A stretch of 62,457 bases of DNA, counting the filler, from Hausera hauseri (Eukaryota): the NCBI GenBank assembly GCA_046269625.1. It is 9 parts of 9 records of this genome, joined end to end, with 100 filler letters (N's around TTAATTAATTAA, not from the genome) between each part and the next. Parts side by side here need not be neighbours in the genome. Positions count along the whole stretch, not along the records: positions 48,943 to 57,828 come from JBJURY010511017.1; positions 57,929 to 62,457 come from JBJURY010540009.1; 7 more parts are not named here. One strand, 5' to 3'. A model generated the notes under the pieces. It did no database searches, was not told the DNA's origin, and saw only the letters and a list, made by a program, of their open reading frames with translations. This document shows positions 50,040 to 62,457 of the stretch, in pieces. Position numbers and translations under genes: made by a program. How positions within the stretch are numbered: position 1 is the first letter of the stretch; each line of letters begins with the position of its first letter.

Positions 50040-53000
50040 TAGGATGCTCGGCTACCTGTGTTTAACAGGAAACAAACCAAAATTCAGTAGTGCTCGCTCC
50101 TGTCAACGAATCTTGGGAAATTTTCGAGGCGGAGAATCGGGCCCAACCAGGGGCCCGACAGGGCGACAACGGACGCCCGGTCGTGCCCGACGAAATGGGC
50201 CAGAGGGCGCCGGCCGCTGTGGGCACCATATCACCGTCCCCGTGACAAAGTGAAAACTATAAAGATTAAAATAGACGGAAAGAAAAAATCGCTAAACTAA
50301 AAAGTGTCTGCGTCAGCTGGTCTTAGTGTGGACAAGACTTTGGGTGCCTTTTACTGATTTTTCCCTGCTATTCTTGATAAATGTGACTCTGCGTGTATTG
50401 TCTTTATGCGATGTGTTTGCTTGCAGAGTTTGAAGTTGGGGAAAAACATTGCCGGATTTTGTTGTGAGTGTTGTGTCGTGCGAAGATGAGTTAGAATAAA
50501 GAGAAGAAGACGGTGAAGGAGGACGAGAGGTTGTTGGAGAAATACGGTTGAAGGTGTTCAAGAGAGTTTTGGAAGACAAAGGACTGGAAAACGTTGTAGT
50601 GGTAGATGAAGGAGGAGAGACAAAAAGTGGTGTAGAAATTGAAATTGTATTAGGTGAAAGCGTAGAAGTAGAGGATGAAACAGAGGTAGTAGTAGACAGA
50701 GGAAGAGAGATAGGGATAGGAGTAGAGAGAATGAAGTTGCGAAGCGGAGAGGAAAGGTGTAAAAGACGATGTGTGAGGAGAGAAGGAGGAAGCGAGCGCC
50801 GAAGATGAGGAAGATGTGGAAGGAGAAAGAGAGAGAGAAAAGATGGCGAAGAGGGACAAAACAGAAGAGAGCAAGAAGATGGAGAGATTAGTGAAGTCGA
50901 ATTGGTGTTTGATGGAGTAGGTCTTGTAAAAGGAGAAAGCAAGTAGTCACCAAGGAATGAAGGACGTGTGAAAAGGTTTGAAGATGCAAAATCGGATGAG
51001 GAAAAAGAGGCTGAACTGTCAGAAAAAACTGAAGTAGAAGTCTTGGGATAAAAGGTAGGGGAAAGTGGGTTAAAGAATTGAGCAGAGATGGAAGGTGAGT
51101 TGTGATTGCCGCGTGTCGTGTAAAAATGTTGAAACTACGGTGGGTAGCAATTTAAGAGAAGGTTCGAGCTGTTTGACAAAGCTGAAGGACGTCCGTGTAA
51201 AAGACTAGATGAAAGACTGTTTGACAATGTACAAGCGTAATTTTGCAGATGGCAATTTTGAGTCTGTCTGATAGCCGTTGTGGTAGAATTGGCATTAGTT
51301 GAGTTGGCACCATCCGGTAAATCATCAGGAATAATGAGACTTTCCAAAACACTTGGAAGAGTGGAAAATTTCTCGGCAATCTGAGACACTTTCGAGAAGG
51401 GAGATCGGGACCTGCCTATGGGCCCGACGCGACGGCAACGGACGCCCGGCCGTGTCCAACCAAATGGGCCGGAGAGCGCCGGCCGATGTTGGCACCATAC
51501 CCCCCCGTGGCAAAGTGAAAACTATGAAGGGTAAAAAAGAAAGAGAAAAAACCGAAAAGCGTAAAAGTGTCTATGTCAGTCGGTCTTAGTGTGGACAAAA
51601 CGTTGAGTGCCTTCTACTGATTTTTCCCTGCTATATTTGCTGAATGTGACTCTGCATGTTTTGTCTTTGTGCGGTGTGTTTGCTTGCAGAGTTTGACGCT
51701 GGGGAAAAAATTGTCGGATTTTTTTTAGTTTTATGTTATGGAAAGACTAGTCAGAAATAAGAGAAGATGAAGGTGAAGGGGGAAGGGAGATTGTTGAAGA
51801 CGGATAGTTAAAGGTATTCAAGAAAGTGTTAGAAGGTGGAGGATAAAAGAAGAGAAAAAGAAGTTGCAATAGAGGTTGAATTTGAATTGTGTGAGGAAGT
51901 GGAAGTAGAAGATGGAACAGAAGTAGTAGTAGAGAGAGGAAAAGGGATAGGGAAAGAGGTAAAGAGAGGAGGAAGTTGTAAAGCAGAGGTGAAAGGAGTA
52001 AAAGATGATGTGTGAGTAGAAAGGAGGAAAAAGCGCTGACGATGTGGAAGGTGTGAAAAGGCAGGGACAGGGAGAAAGAGAAGGCAGCGAAGAGGTACAA
52101 GGCGAAAGAGAGTGGGAAGATGAAGAAGGCAAGGGAAAGTAATTGGAGGGTGGTGTGCAATAGGTTGGAATGATGAAAGGTGTGGATGGAAAGATTTGTG
52201 AAGTCGAAATGGTGTTTAATGGAGGAAGTGCTGTAAAAGGAGAAAACAGGTTGTTGTGGGGGATGAAGGAAGTGGTGAAAGCCTTGAAGGTGCAAAATCG
52301 GATGGGGAGAAAGAGGCTGAATTTGAGAAGAAATTGAAGTGGAAGTTTTGGGAGAAGATGTAAGGGAAAGTAAATTAAGACATTGAGCAGGGATGGAAGG
52401 TGAATTGTTGGATTACTGCGCGTCGTATAACGATGTTGGTGTAGAAGTGACTTCGGTGGGAGACGTATGGTTGATGAAAAAGTCCGGTTTAGCATTATTG
52501 ATGTGAACGGTTACTTCTTTGTCGTCTTTGAGAATGATGATGTTATGGGAGTGTAAGCGAATTACTTTGTATTGGCCGATATACTGAGGTTGAAAGCCAC
52601 ACTGCGTCTCATTCTTTAACCAAACGAACTTGACAGTATATAAATCGTCGGATATGTAGGATTTAGTTACGTGTAACAGTCTGCAAAATGAGTCTTTGCT
52701 GATCTCAACGAAGTTTCTCTGTGCCGCTTAAATGATTTCATCTGTAGGAGTATTGTCCAGCTCAGTTAGCTCGAATAATGATCTGATGGAAGTGCCAGCT
52801 GCAATTGCACTGAGCAAAAATTTTAAGAGAAGTTTTCATCGTTCGGTGAAAACGTTCGAGAAGGCCATTCGATTGGGGAGGATATGGTGATGTGTGAATG
52901 TGGTTAATTCCCAATCGATTAGCAAGAGCTTTAAACAGGTTGGATTTGAACTGTGGACCTTGATCCGAAATGATGCGGCGAGGTGATCCAAACCTGCTGA

Positions 53001-56000
53001 TCCAAGTGCGGATAAAAACGTCTGCGATGGTTTCTATGTTAGTGCTCCGAAGCAGGACGGCTTCTGGCCTTCGCAAGGAACGGTCCATCATTGTGAGGAT
53101 GAACTGATGACCGTTGTATAAGTGTAATGGGCCTACATAGTCAATGTGAACAGATTTGAAACGAGACGTGCAGGGAAAGTGAAGCAGTGATGTCTTTGGC
53201 TGCATAGTAACTTTGTATTTTTGGCATGCCACACTGTCTAACCCAAGCCTGCACGTCAGAGCGCATCGACAGGCATATTACTTGCGGGTTGTAAGAGGCG
53301 AAAAGTGGCCTTGGCACAAGGATTATGCAGCGAATTTATGCTGTGGAACGCTTTCTTTTGAAGCAACTCAGAAAAAATGATTTGGGGATTATTAGGTTTG
53401 GAAGTGTCAAATGCCACACCGTCGATGGTTTTGCAAGATTTAAAAGATTTAAAGATGTCAAGCGGTGGCTGGTTTTGCTGAAGTTTGGATTGAGGAAAAA
53501 TTGGAGTAAAATCAATCGAGCTGACCGATCGGAACAAAAATTCAGCTACCACATTGTCGACTCCGTTTAAATGCTTAATTTGAAAATCAAATGTTGACAA
53601 ATAGGATATTTTGACTCTCCTGACGTGGAGAAGGCCATTTTGTGGTGAGAATTTGAAAGAAAGGCTTAAGGTCTGTTTGTATGGTAAAAGTTCGTGCAGT
53701 TAGGAGATGTTTGAAGTGTTTTACGGCAAGAGCCATTGCAAGCAACTCTCGGTCAAAGTTGGAATATCTTTGCTCTTGTGCTGTGAATTTGCAAGAAAAG
53801 AATTCCAATGGCTCACGGGATCTATTTTTATCTTGATGGAGGACAGCACCATCAGCTGTTGCGGATTCGTCGATTGTTAAGAAAAGTTCTGCATGGGAGT
53901 CTGGATAGGCCAGGATTTCCACAGTTTTTAAATTGTCTTTGAGGTGTTCGAAAGCGTTGAGTAGCTTGGTGGTCCACTGAATAGGCTGTTTTTTCTAGCC
54001 AGAGCTTAGTAATGCAAATGGAGCGGTTAGAGTGGAGGAATGTGGAACGTATTTATGAATAAAGTGTAAGGTTTCAAGGAAAAACGTATCTCCGTTGATG
54101 TACATGGTAGCTGAATGATTTTGAGCTGTGCGATGCGGTCTGGCTGAGGTGAGTGTCTGGAGGAGCAAATAACATGTCCTAGGAAGTTGACCTTATGTTG
54201 AAAGAAAGAGCGTTTGGAGAAATTGATTTGCAAGTTGTTTTGGTGTAACATTGGAAGATCAAACATAGGTGTTCTGAGTGCTGCTTAGAGGAAGATGATG
54301 TAATTAAGATGCCATCAATATAGGGACAGGCGAAGTCTAAATCTGAAAGAACTGTATCGATATGCCTTTGGAAGGTCTGGGAAGCACTACGGAGTTCAAA
54401 AGGCATAAAGAGGTACTGCTGGGGCCACCGGGATTTGGTGGTATGCTTTGTGTATATCAATGCAGGAAAAGATGGTCGAACCATGGAGTCTGTGTAGAAT
54501 ATCGGTGATTAATAGTAAAGGGTAGGCATCCATCGTTGTTATGGTGTTAAGTTGGAGGTAATCACCGCATGAGCGAAAGGTGCCATCTTCTTTTGCAACA
54601 GATGCGTGCAGGAGGAAGAAATGTATTGTTGTAAATCAGAAGGCAACAATGACAAATTATCCGATGTTGACGATGCATCGTGACTGGATGCAGTTGAGGT
54701 ATGAGTTATAGACGAGGTGTTGTGACTGGGTAGTATTTTTGGCAGGATGTTCGTGTTGAAGATGGTGTTGGCAGCTGTGCTATTAGTAATAAGTGCCACG
54801 CAGTTGGCAATATCGCATTTGTCACTGTAATAAAAATTTGTGTATAATAAATAATTATAAAAATAATTCAAATCGGTAGTCGTTTTCCTTAGTATTGACT
54901 TACTGGACGCGATCGCCTGGGAGGTCATCGGAATGCTGCTGATTTGATTAAGATTATTTCCGCTCTTTAAGGAACATTGTTTGCAATCTACAAGTAAATT
55001 GTTGTGGGGCAGAAAGTCTGAACCCAATATAGGTGTGTGTACATTGGCTATTGTAAATTTCCATGTGAATGTGTTTGTAAAGTGTGCGAGAGTGAGTATC
55101 AATGTGGTGACTCAAAAAATTTGTAAAGGTTCACCGGACGTAGTAAATATTTGTTTTTGTGAAGTGTAATTGTGTTAAATGTGGGATAGATTGCTGCGCC
55201 GCTATCTATAAGAAAGTTTATTTTTTGCTTTGTTGGAGTGATGACTGTTGCTTTCAACGTGAATACAGCAAAAGAAATGTGTCGGCTATGTTTCTGCTGG
55301 TTGTTGCCTTTGCTAGGACTTGTCGTGTGTCCTAGAGGCGAAATTAGTTTTTTGGAGCTGGTGAGTTTGTCCTACTGTTTTGTGTGAGCTTATTAGTGTT
55401 AGTCTTATTGTGTGTGCTGTAAGTACAGCCAGGTGGGCATTTTTGTGCTTTTGTGCCAAATTTTGAGTGATAGATGCAAACGATGTTGTTTGATTTAAAA
55501 TCAGAAGAATAGATTTTACAACCGATGCAAAATTTCTGAGCATTGTTGTGAAATGTGCTATGATAATAGCAAATTAATGACGGCGCTGGCGAAGGCGACC
55601 GTCTTTGACGTTGATTAAATAGATTGGGGGAAACAGGCCTAAAAAACCCCGTAGAAGTAGTGTTAATGCGTTTAGTTTGTCGTTAATGTTGATGATTGTT
55701 TTCTGCAATGTTTCATTTTTTGTGCGTAATTGCGCAATTTGTTGCTAAAGCATTGCATTTTGTTGTTGTTGATCTGCAGAGATAGTTCGTGCTGCATGTG
55801 AGTGCAGTACTTCGTTTTCCTTGTCTGCCAATTCGGCTAACTTGCCCAGAGCCGTGGAATCCGCAACCACAGTTAGCAAAGCTCTTATTTGAAGGGGCAG
55901 TGCATTTAAGAAATAGCGACGAAAAAGCTCGGCACTGTGTTCAGAGGTTACGCCAAGGGTGTTGAGGTCAGACAAGGATGTGCGTATGAATTCAGAAGGC

Positions 56001-56810
56001 TTCTGAAGGCCCATGGAGTTGTCGTTAAAGAACCTTTGAATGATTGAATCGATTGAAGGCTTAGTAAGCTTGAGAACGGCATTCTAGATTTGGGTATATG
56101 GGTCAGCGTGCTGAAGGATATCGATTATATTGATGATTTTAGTTTTGATGGAAGCTAGTAAGTGAAAAAAGAGGCTGTTGGCTTTGGCTAAAGAGCCGAC
56201 GACGTTTTGCGATTAGAGCCAAAATTGGTGCAGTTTTAACTAAGTTTGAGTAGTGTTTTGGCTATCGAGAAAATATTCGGTGCAGGGTGAATGAGGAGGG
56301 TATATTGAGTAGGGATGTTGGAAGCGCTGTGTTTGGGTACGTGAATGATGGGGATCTGTTGTTTAGTGAGTTTGTCCATGGTGTCAATTGTGGGTGACGA
56401 ATCTATGCCACCACGGATACGGAAATTAATATGAAGACAGATGTGGGTTGAGGAAGATTGTAGAGTTCCAACGAGGGGTACTAGAAATCCGTTGTGTGTA
56501 GGGTAGAAATCAGAGTAGTGGAGTAAGATGGAGATGAAGCTATGAATGGTTGCAGTGTGTAAATTCAATGTTACACATGTGTGTGTTTATTTAGAAAAAG
56601 AAAGATAAAGAGGGTAGAAGTAGTATGTCCGGAGGCGTGTTGCGGGGCTGAAGCGAAGGGCGCCGTCCGACCCACTGGCGCAGGGTGGGCGGCCGGGACG
56701 TCAGCCTCGTGGCGGCGAGTCCCAAATTTCGGGGTGATTGATGACCCCTCTGGCTGTTCATCGTAGTCGTTAGATGTAGAGGCAAGTTGCTGGGCGTAGC
56801 GGGCATGGTT
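50040..56810 (-). mobile_element. Decayed CsRn1-like Ty3/gypsy element, copy 2 (gag-PR-RT-RH-IN-tail-PPT-LTR start), followed by the 3' end of a further copy (50040-51250)
   Basis: gag MGLQKPSEF...FLNALP..IRALL...LAELADK and double CHCC; FLIDSGA; deleted RT; RNase H; integrase; two PPT+TG junctions at ~51490-51510 and ~50225-50245, each followed by a related GC-rich LTR-like sequence. Confidence 0.92.
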
Positions 56811-56959
56811 ACAAATGATTTCAACTGCGGAGAATGAACAGAATAGTTTTTATAGGCAAATTTAATCAAAATATTCATATAGCACTTAATGTGTATTGCA
56901 ACAATAATTGGATTGCCTTTGTATGAATTACTCAGTGTCTCTATCGGATACACTGGAAC

Positions 56960-57262
56960 AGAGACGCTTAATTCCTTCGATAACTGAGGATGAATTGTTA
57001 TTGGGAAATTGGAAATCTACATTGAGCTCATCAGTATCGCTAGCAATGCTTTCCTGATCTTCGTCATGATTTTTCGATTTTTTTATTTTTTGCTGAATCA
57101 CGGGGCTGATAATTCGACATTTCAATAGCATTCTCGAGGAAATTATAGCTGACAGGATGTGTTCGATCTTCAATTTCAAGAAGGAAAACTGAATGAAAGA
57201 AGTTTTTGAATATTTTGACATCAACAGTAGCACTCATAAGAATAATTTTCAATTGTGAATAT
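56960..57262 (-). pseudogene. DEAH-box RNA helicase fragment (DHX9/Maleless-like), motif III region
   Basis: YSQLKIILMSATVDVKIFKNFF...EIEDRTHPVSYNFLENAIEM followed by a basic then acidic stretch, as in RNA helicase A. Confidence 0.7.
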
Positions 57263-57329
57263 GTCATTACTTCTGCTAGACGAGTAATTTTCTGATTGTT
57301 CCTTATTATCAGCATCCCGCGAGATCTCC

Positions 57330-57828
57330 ATAAACAAACTCTCCATACTGAGTGTGTATATCTTATTCCTGACAGATTCCAGGAATTTCGGGTCAATATC
57401 CAGTCTTACTGCGGTACTGACATACTCGTCCTCTGACTCTGCTGTCATTTCTGGACAACAGAGGGTGTTCATCTGGCTGGAAGCCACTCGACTAGCCAAT
57501 GTCTCCCCGGGCAACGTGACCATTGGACCACCAGACCACAAAACGTCCATTCCTGTCGTGTGTCCATTACACAAAGGAGTGTCCAGACAAATGTCAGCTG
57601 CTTGCCCTCGTCGCACGTGTTTCCCCTTTGGTACAACGTAACTGAAAATTACACGCAAGTGCGCATCTTTTAGACCGAAATCTGAAAATGACTTGAACAC
57701 GTTTTCCTCGCCGGCAGCGGGAAATCGCAACAACCATGGAATGGATCGCAAACAATTCTTGAGTATTTTCACCCACATGCGAAGTGTTTCTGGGCCGATT
57801 TTATACAGCTGATTGAAATTGCAGAACA
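57330..57828 (-). pseudogene. OGT: O-GlcNAc transferase C-terminal catalytic domain, truncated and diverged
   Basis: FCNFNQLYKI.PETLRMW..IL...WLLRFPAAGE...HVRRGQAADICLDTPLCNGHTTGMDVLWSG.PMVTLPGETLASRVASSQ; similarity stops before the normal C-terminus. Confidence 0.9.
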
Positions 57829-58379
57829 NNNNNNNNNNNNNNNNNNNNNNNNNNNNNNNNNNNNNNNNNNNNTTAATTAATTAANNNNNNNNNNNNNNNN
57901 NNNNNNNNNNNNNNNNNNNNNNNNNNNNGTGAAAGGAAAATGTCTGAAATTCCAGAAAATCAATTTATTTCACAATTTGTACAATTCTGTAATAAAAACA
58001 TTATTACCATATTCAAACAAAATTTTTTACAAGCATGCACATACACGGCACTAAACTGATACACGATTTATATACAAAATAAATATCCATCTCATGAAGA
58101 GGTGAGCATTTTCGAAAACTTAATCCCTAATTGTATATCTCCGGTATGACAAAGTCATGACGCAAAAGCAATATTGCTACTTCTGTGTGGGGCAATATTG
58201 GCACCACACCTTGTTTTGTAAATTACTGAAGAACAATATTATTAACGATTGGAGTTTGCACGGCGATAAGAGTGATTCCGTTATCACTACCAAATCATTA
58301 TATAAAACTACCAGTTACAATACCATCTTTAATACTACCATCCCCCATCAAATACCACTTCATTTTAGATTAGCAAATA

Positions 58380-61300
58380 ACGTCCAAATTACAACAGTTA
58401 CCGATAAAACCATCTCGCTCCCAGCAAATTTCTCACAATTACCTAAAAGTCTGTAGCAATTCATTAACGTATCCTATTCTAAAATAATTAAAAAAGACAG
58501 GTCCTTTACTCCAGCAAATACCACTTTTCACCACATTGTGACATAACATAAAAGACCTATCTGCCAAAAAGTGCGTCCATTATCTGCTCGTCGTAGAAAA
58601 GCAGTTGAAGCCGAATTTCTAGAACTCGAACGTTCCGGTATATTACGCCGCTACAAATTTCCATGGTCATCACTATTACATGTCGCGAAAAAGAAGGACG
58701 GAACTTTTCGACCATGTGGCGATTATAGTCAGTTGAACACTTTGACAATAATGGATGCATACCCGCTACCACTCATTAAGGATATCTTACACCGTCTTAA
58801 CAACACCACAATTTATTATACAATCGATTTATTCAAAGCCTACCAGCAAATTCCGGTAGCACCTGAAGATATCGAAAAAACAGCCGTAACTAATCCTTTT
58901 GGCCTTTATGAATATCTGTACATGCCTTTCGGCCTACGAAATGCCGCGCAGACATTTCAACGCCACATTGACGCTATCCTTTCTGATATTCTATATGTTC
59001 ATCCATATATTGATGACATTAGTTGTATCCTCTTCGAACCAACAACACGAGAAACACTTCAGATCAATCTTTCGACGTTTACACCAGCATAATCTGCAGA
59101 TCAATTTCGCCAAATGTCACTTTTTCTAGAAGCGCATAAATTTTCTTGGTCACATTATTTCTGCTGAGGGTCATTCGCCTCGACCCGATTGAGTTAAAGC
59201 CTTAAAAATCGTGCAGCTGCCTCGAACAACAACAGAAATAAGAAGCTTTTTGGGAACTTTGTACTTCGTTCACAAGTATGTGCCGTACTGCACTGAACTT
59301 ACTGAACCATTTACACACTTAAGCGGCGGAAAAAAAATCAACCAATCCTGTGGACACATGAACTGGTTGATAAGTTTGATAAGCTACGCGAAGAAATTAA
59401 TACCGTAGACATTCTCGCATTCCCTAAGCCTGATGCGGAACTCATACTATACTACAGACGCTTCAATTACTGTGGTAGGTGCTGTGCGTCACCAAATCCA
59501 CAAAGGTGAAAATCAACAGCTAAAATTTTTCTCTCGTAAGCTAACATCTCCTGAAACTAGATATTCAACGTTCGATCGAAAATTATTTACCATCGTTTTC
59601 GCTTTAAAGCATCTCTCCCACCTTCTTGTCGCTCGCCATTTTACCATACAGACCGATCACAAGCACTTCCTAAACATCATGGTTATGAAACATCCTTCCT
59701 CACACCAAGAACGACAAATATCATATCTGTCGGCATTTAACTTTGACATAAAACATATTAACGGGGTTAATAATTTGGCTGCCGATTTCTTATCTAGGAC
59801 GGTTGGTTCGATTAATTTTTCACAAATCTTCACTCAAGTACAACTTCAACAGAACCAGCCACCTCAGGACATGCTTAATTCTTATAAGTCTTGAATAATT
59901 GTTGATGGCGTGGCTTTAGACACTTCCAAACCAGGTCATTCCTTAATAATTTTCGCACCATCTTTACAACGGCAAGCGTTTAACTCTGTACATTTGTTAC
60001 ACCACCCTGGCGCTAAACCACTTTTCGTTTACTCCACCGACAAGTCGTTTGGCAGTCAATGCGTTCCGATGTGCAAACCTGGGTTAAGACGTGTGTGGCC
60101 TGCCAAAAATACAAAACAACTAAGCATTTAAAGCGACCCCTATTTCACTTCCCATGCACATCGCGTTTCAAATCCGTGCATATTGACATCGTCGGCCCTC
60201 TTCCTCCGGACAACAGTCATCAATTCATTCTCACTATGATGGATCGTTCTTCGCGATGGCCAGAAGCCATCTCTCTACGGAGCCCAAATAACGACACCGT
60301 ACATGACGTTTTCATTCGTACATGGATTAGCGGGTTTGGATCACCTCGTTTCATCATCACGGACCAGGGTTCACAGTTTGAATCCAACCTGTTCAAATCC
60401 CTTGTTAACCGATTGGAGATCCAGCACATACAAAATACGCCTTATCACCCCCAATCGAATGGCTTTTTAGAACGTTTCCACCGAACATTGAAAACGTCAC
60501 TAAGAATACTTGCCGAGTCAAACACTAGTTGGACGAATGTTCTTCCGTTTGTTCTGCTTGGCTGGCGAAACACTCCTTCTACTTCTATCGGCTGTTCACC
60601 CACTGAAGCCTTATTCGGTGCTCCTGTACGATCATTATTCGAACTTACTGCCGTGGACGACACCCATACAGATGAAACAATACGAGCAGCGCAAAATCAC
60701 TTTGTTACGATCAGTAAAGATTTATTCTGCAGGTTAATTCATAAAGACAAAACATATTTACCTGAAGACTTGTATTGGGCAAAATTCGTTTGGCTAAAAA
60801 GTCAAATGCCGTGTGGTATTCAACCACAGTATTTGGGGCCTTACAAATTCGTTCAATTACACTCCCACAACGCCATTATTTCTAAAGACGGTAAGGAACT
60901 TTCGGTGCATATCACCAACGTCAAACCTGCCTTTTTCGTAGACTATACCCCCAATTTGAATCTTCTACCCCTTTCTGACTCCTCCGCCTTTTCCCCTTGC
61001 AGTTCCTACAATCCCTGCACCGCCTTTCGTTCCTACCCCTATTCATACTCTTTTACCACACCCTATTCTTAAAACCCCTTCTCCTAACCTTACAACTTGT
61101 CCTTCTTTTTCTCATCATCTCTTCCAGCTCCTTCTTCGTCCCCGAATAACACAACACCTTGCACCACGATATCCAATATTTTATTATCTCCAACAACTCA
61201 TCAGCCAGATTTAATGACACTGAAAAAGCGCAAAATCGTGACATTTAGTACGTATAGTAAAGAGATTAACACTGCAGGAGTTCAACGCCTTACTCACACG

Positions 61301-61410
61301 AAAACCACCTAGGCAGCCTGTTTCTTTTAGACACATTTTCTATTTTCTTACCCTCTAGTCTTCGATTTGCCACGGAGGAGGAGGTGATGTTGTGCCCAAC
61401 AAGGAGCTGA
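58380..61410 (+). mobile_element. Decayed CsRn1-like Ty3/gypsy element, copy 3 (RT-RH-IN-tail-PPT)
   Basis: KKDGTFRPCGDY...MPFGLRNAAQTFQR...YIDD; TTDAS/TDHK; VHIDIVGPLP..TDQG..SNGFLERFH; YLGPY; PPT ACGGAGGAGGAGGTGA then TG at ~61372-61390. Confidence 0.95.
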
Positions 61411-62457
61411 TGTTGACCTGTAAATACCCTTTTATTGTTTTTCTCATATTTTGTTATTTGTCTTTGTTTACTTCTCTTCGCAATTGCCGATAGGTTAGTA
61501 CACTTTTGTCGTTTTTGTCTCATCGTGCCAGAATATAGTAAATGTGTGGTCTATTATAAATTTGACCGGTTACTGATTTTTAACGGCTGTCATCAAACAT
61601 TGGGAGCATTACTCCAGACATATGAAGACGTCGACTTAATTTCCCAAGATGCGTACGTAACATGCACAAACGGTGGAAAGACAATAGATATCACTGAAAT
61701 GCCATGTTGATTTAATTTATTATCGTTGGACCAATGTAAAAAAGAATACAATTTTGGATATGATAGAGCAAAGCTTTGTGCAATATTAAAATTGAACAGA
61801 ATTTACGGATGGTTTCCGTATGTATCAAAGTCGTCGTTCTCTAATGACACCCTAGCCTAATGTCACATAGTACATAAAGAAGAGATCGTGGAAATTCTTT
61901 ATTTTAATGCAATCTAAAATAACATACCACCCAAAAGCGGAAGGAATCCAATCGTGAAACGGTAGAACGATTTACTGGGAACATTTTATCATGAAATGTA
62001 ATAATTTCTGTAACCTTTTGTGGTGGTCTGTCCGACGTAACGAGCGCAATTACTGAAACATTGGAAGATGACATGATGGATGAAATATGTGACACAAAAA
62101 GAATCCCGATTGCCTCCCCGATGAAATGAAAGACAAATTGACACGGCATTTAAAGCACGTTAAATCGGGGGATGAATATACTGTTGATTCATCGCTAAAT
62201 ACCAATAAAAGTCTAAAGATAGCCAAAACCCTGAAGTTGAAGGAAATCGGTTAATTTACAGTATGCCATCTGCAGACTACGAGTCTCACCATAGTATCAA
62301 GTCTGATCCAATGATTGCGTCTCATCCGTTGTCTTCTCATGCTGCTTCGCTTACTTATTACTACTGTCACAATGACAATGATAACAATAATAACAGTGAC
62401 ACGAGTGCAAAAAATTTCCGCGGGGAAAAACCAACTGAAACACATCCAGTTAACAGT

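Noticed and set aside
50548-52495. Glu/Arg-rich and Leu/Phe/Ser-rich ORFs as independent genes
   Set aside because: They arise from the purine/pyrimidine-skewed integrase tail; only the terminal VTF...HTKT peptide is conserved.
13067-57928. TTAATTAATTAA motif recurring between N-runs as a biological signal
   Set aside because: Identical 100-bp linker with six-frame stops; it is a concatenation artefact, so neighbouring contigs are not linked.

Overview
This window is not contiguous DNA. It is nine unplaced contigs joined by artificial 100-bp spacers (N44-TTAATTAATTAA-N44): 1-13066, 13167-17713, 17814-22451, 22552-27147, 27248-34892, 34993-39897, 39998-48842, 48943-57828 and 57929-62457. Most contigs appear to come from an AT-rich animal with very short (35-55 bp) GT-AG introns; a fish parasite such as a flatworm or myxozoan is my inference. 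Contig 13167-17713 is teleost fish DNA (3' exons of complement C3 plus fish repeats). The invertebrate contigs hold: (i) strings of mostly truncated or frameshifted housekeeping-gene pieces (TIMM44, REEP5, MCEE, MIF, SLC25A51-like, ACTR10-like, RNF41, DHX9-like, OGT); (ii) three decayed copies of a CsRn1-like Ty3/gypsy family with a doubled CHCC knuckle and a conserved RVxF-like tail; (iii) a 44-bp satellite; (iv) a 1.3-kb foldback element; (v) two ankyrin-repeat genes. The most striking feature is two decayed, overlapping copies of a very large Ty3/gypsy element. In it a chuvirus-like class III fusion glycoprotein lies UPSTREAM of protease-RT-RNaseH-integrase, apparently inside one polyprotein. 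It is preceded by more than 900 aa of unknown helical protein with an AT-hook, linked to the protease by late-domain-like motifs, and followed by a second type-I membrane protein and a DEDDh-exonuclease-like domain. All homology calls come from motif recognition, not database searches.
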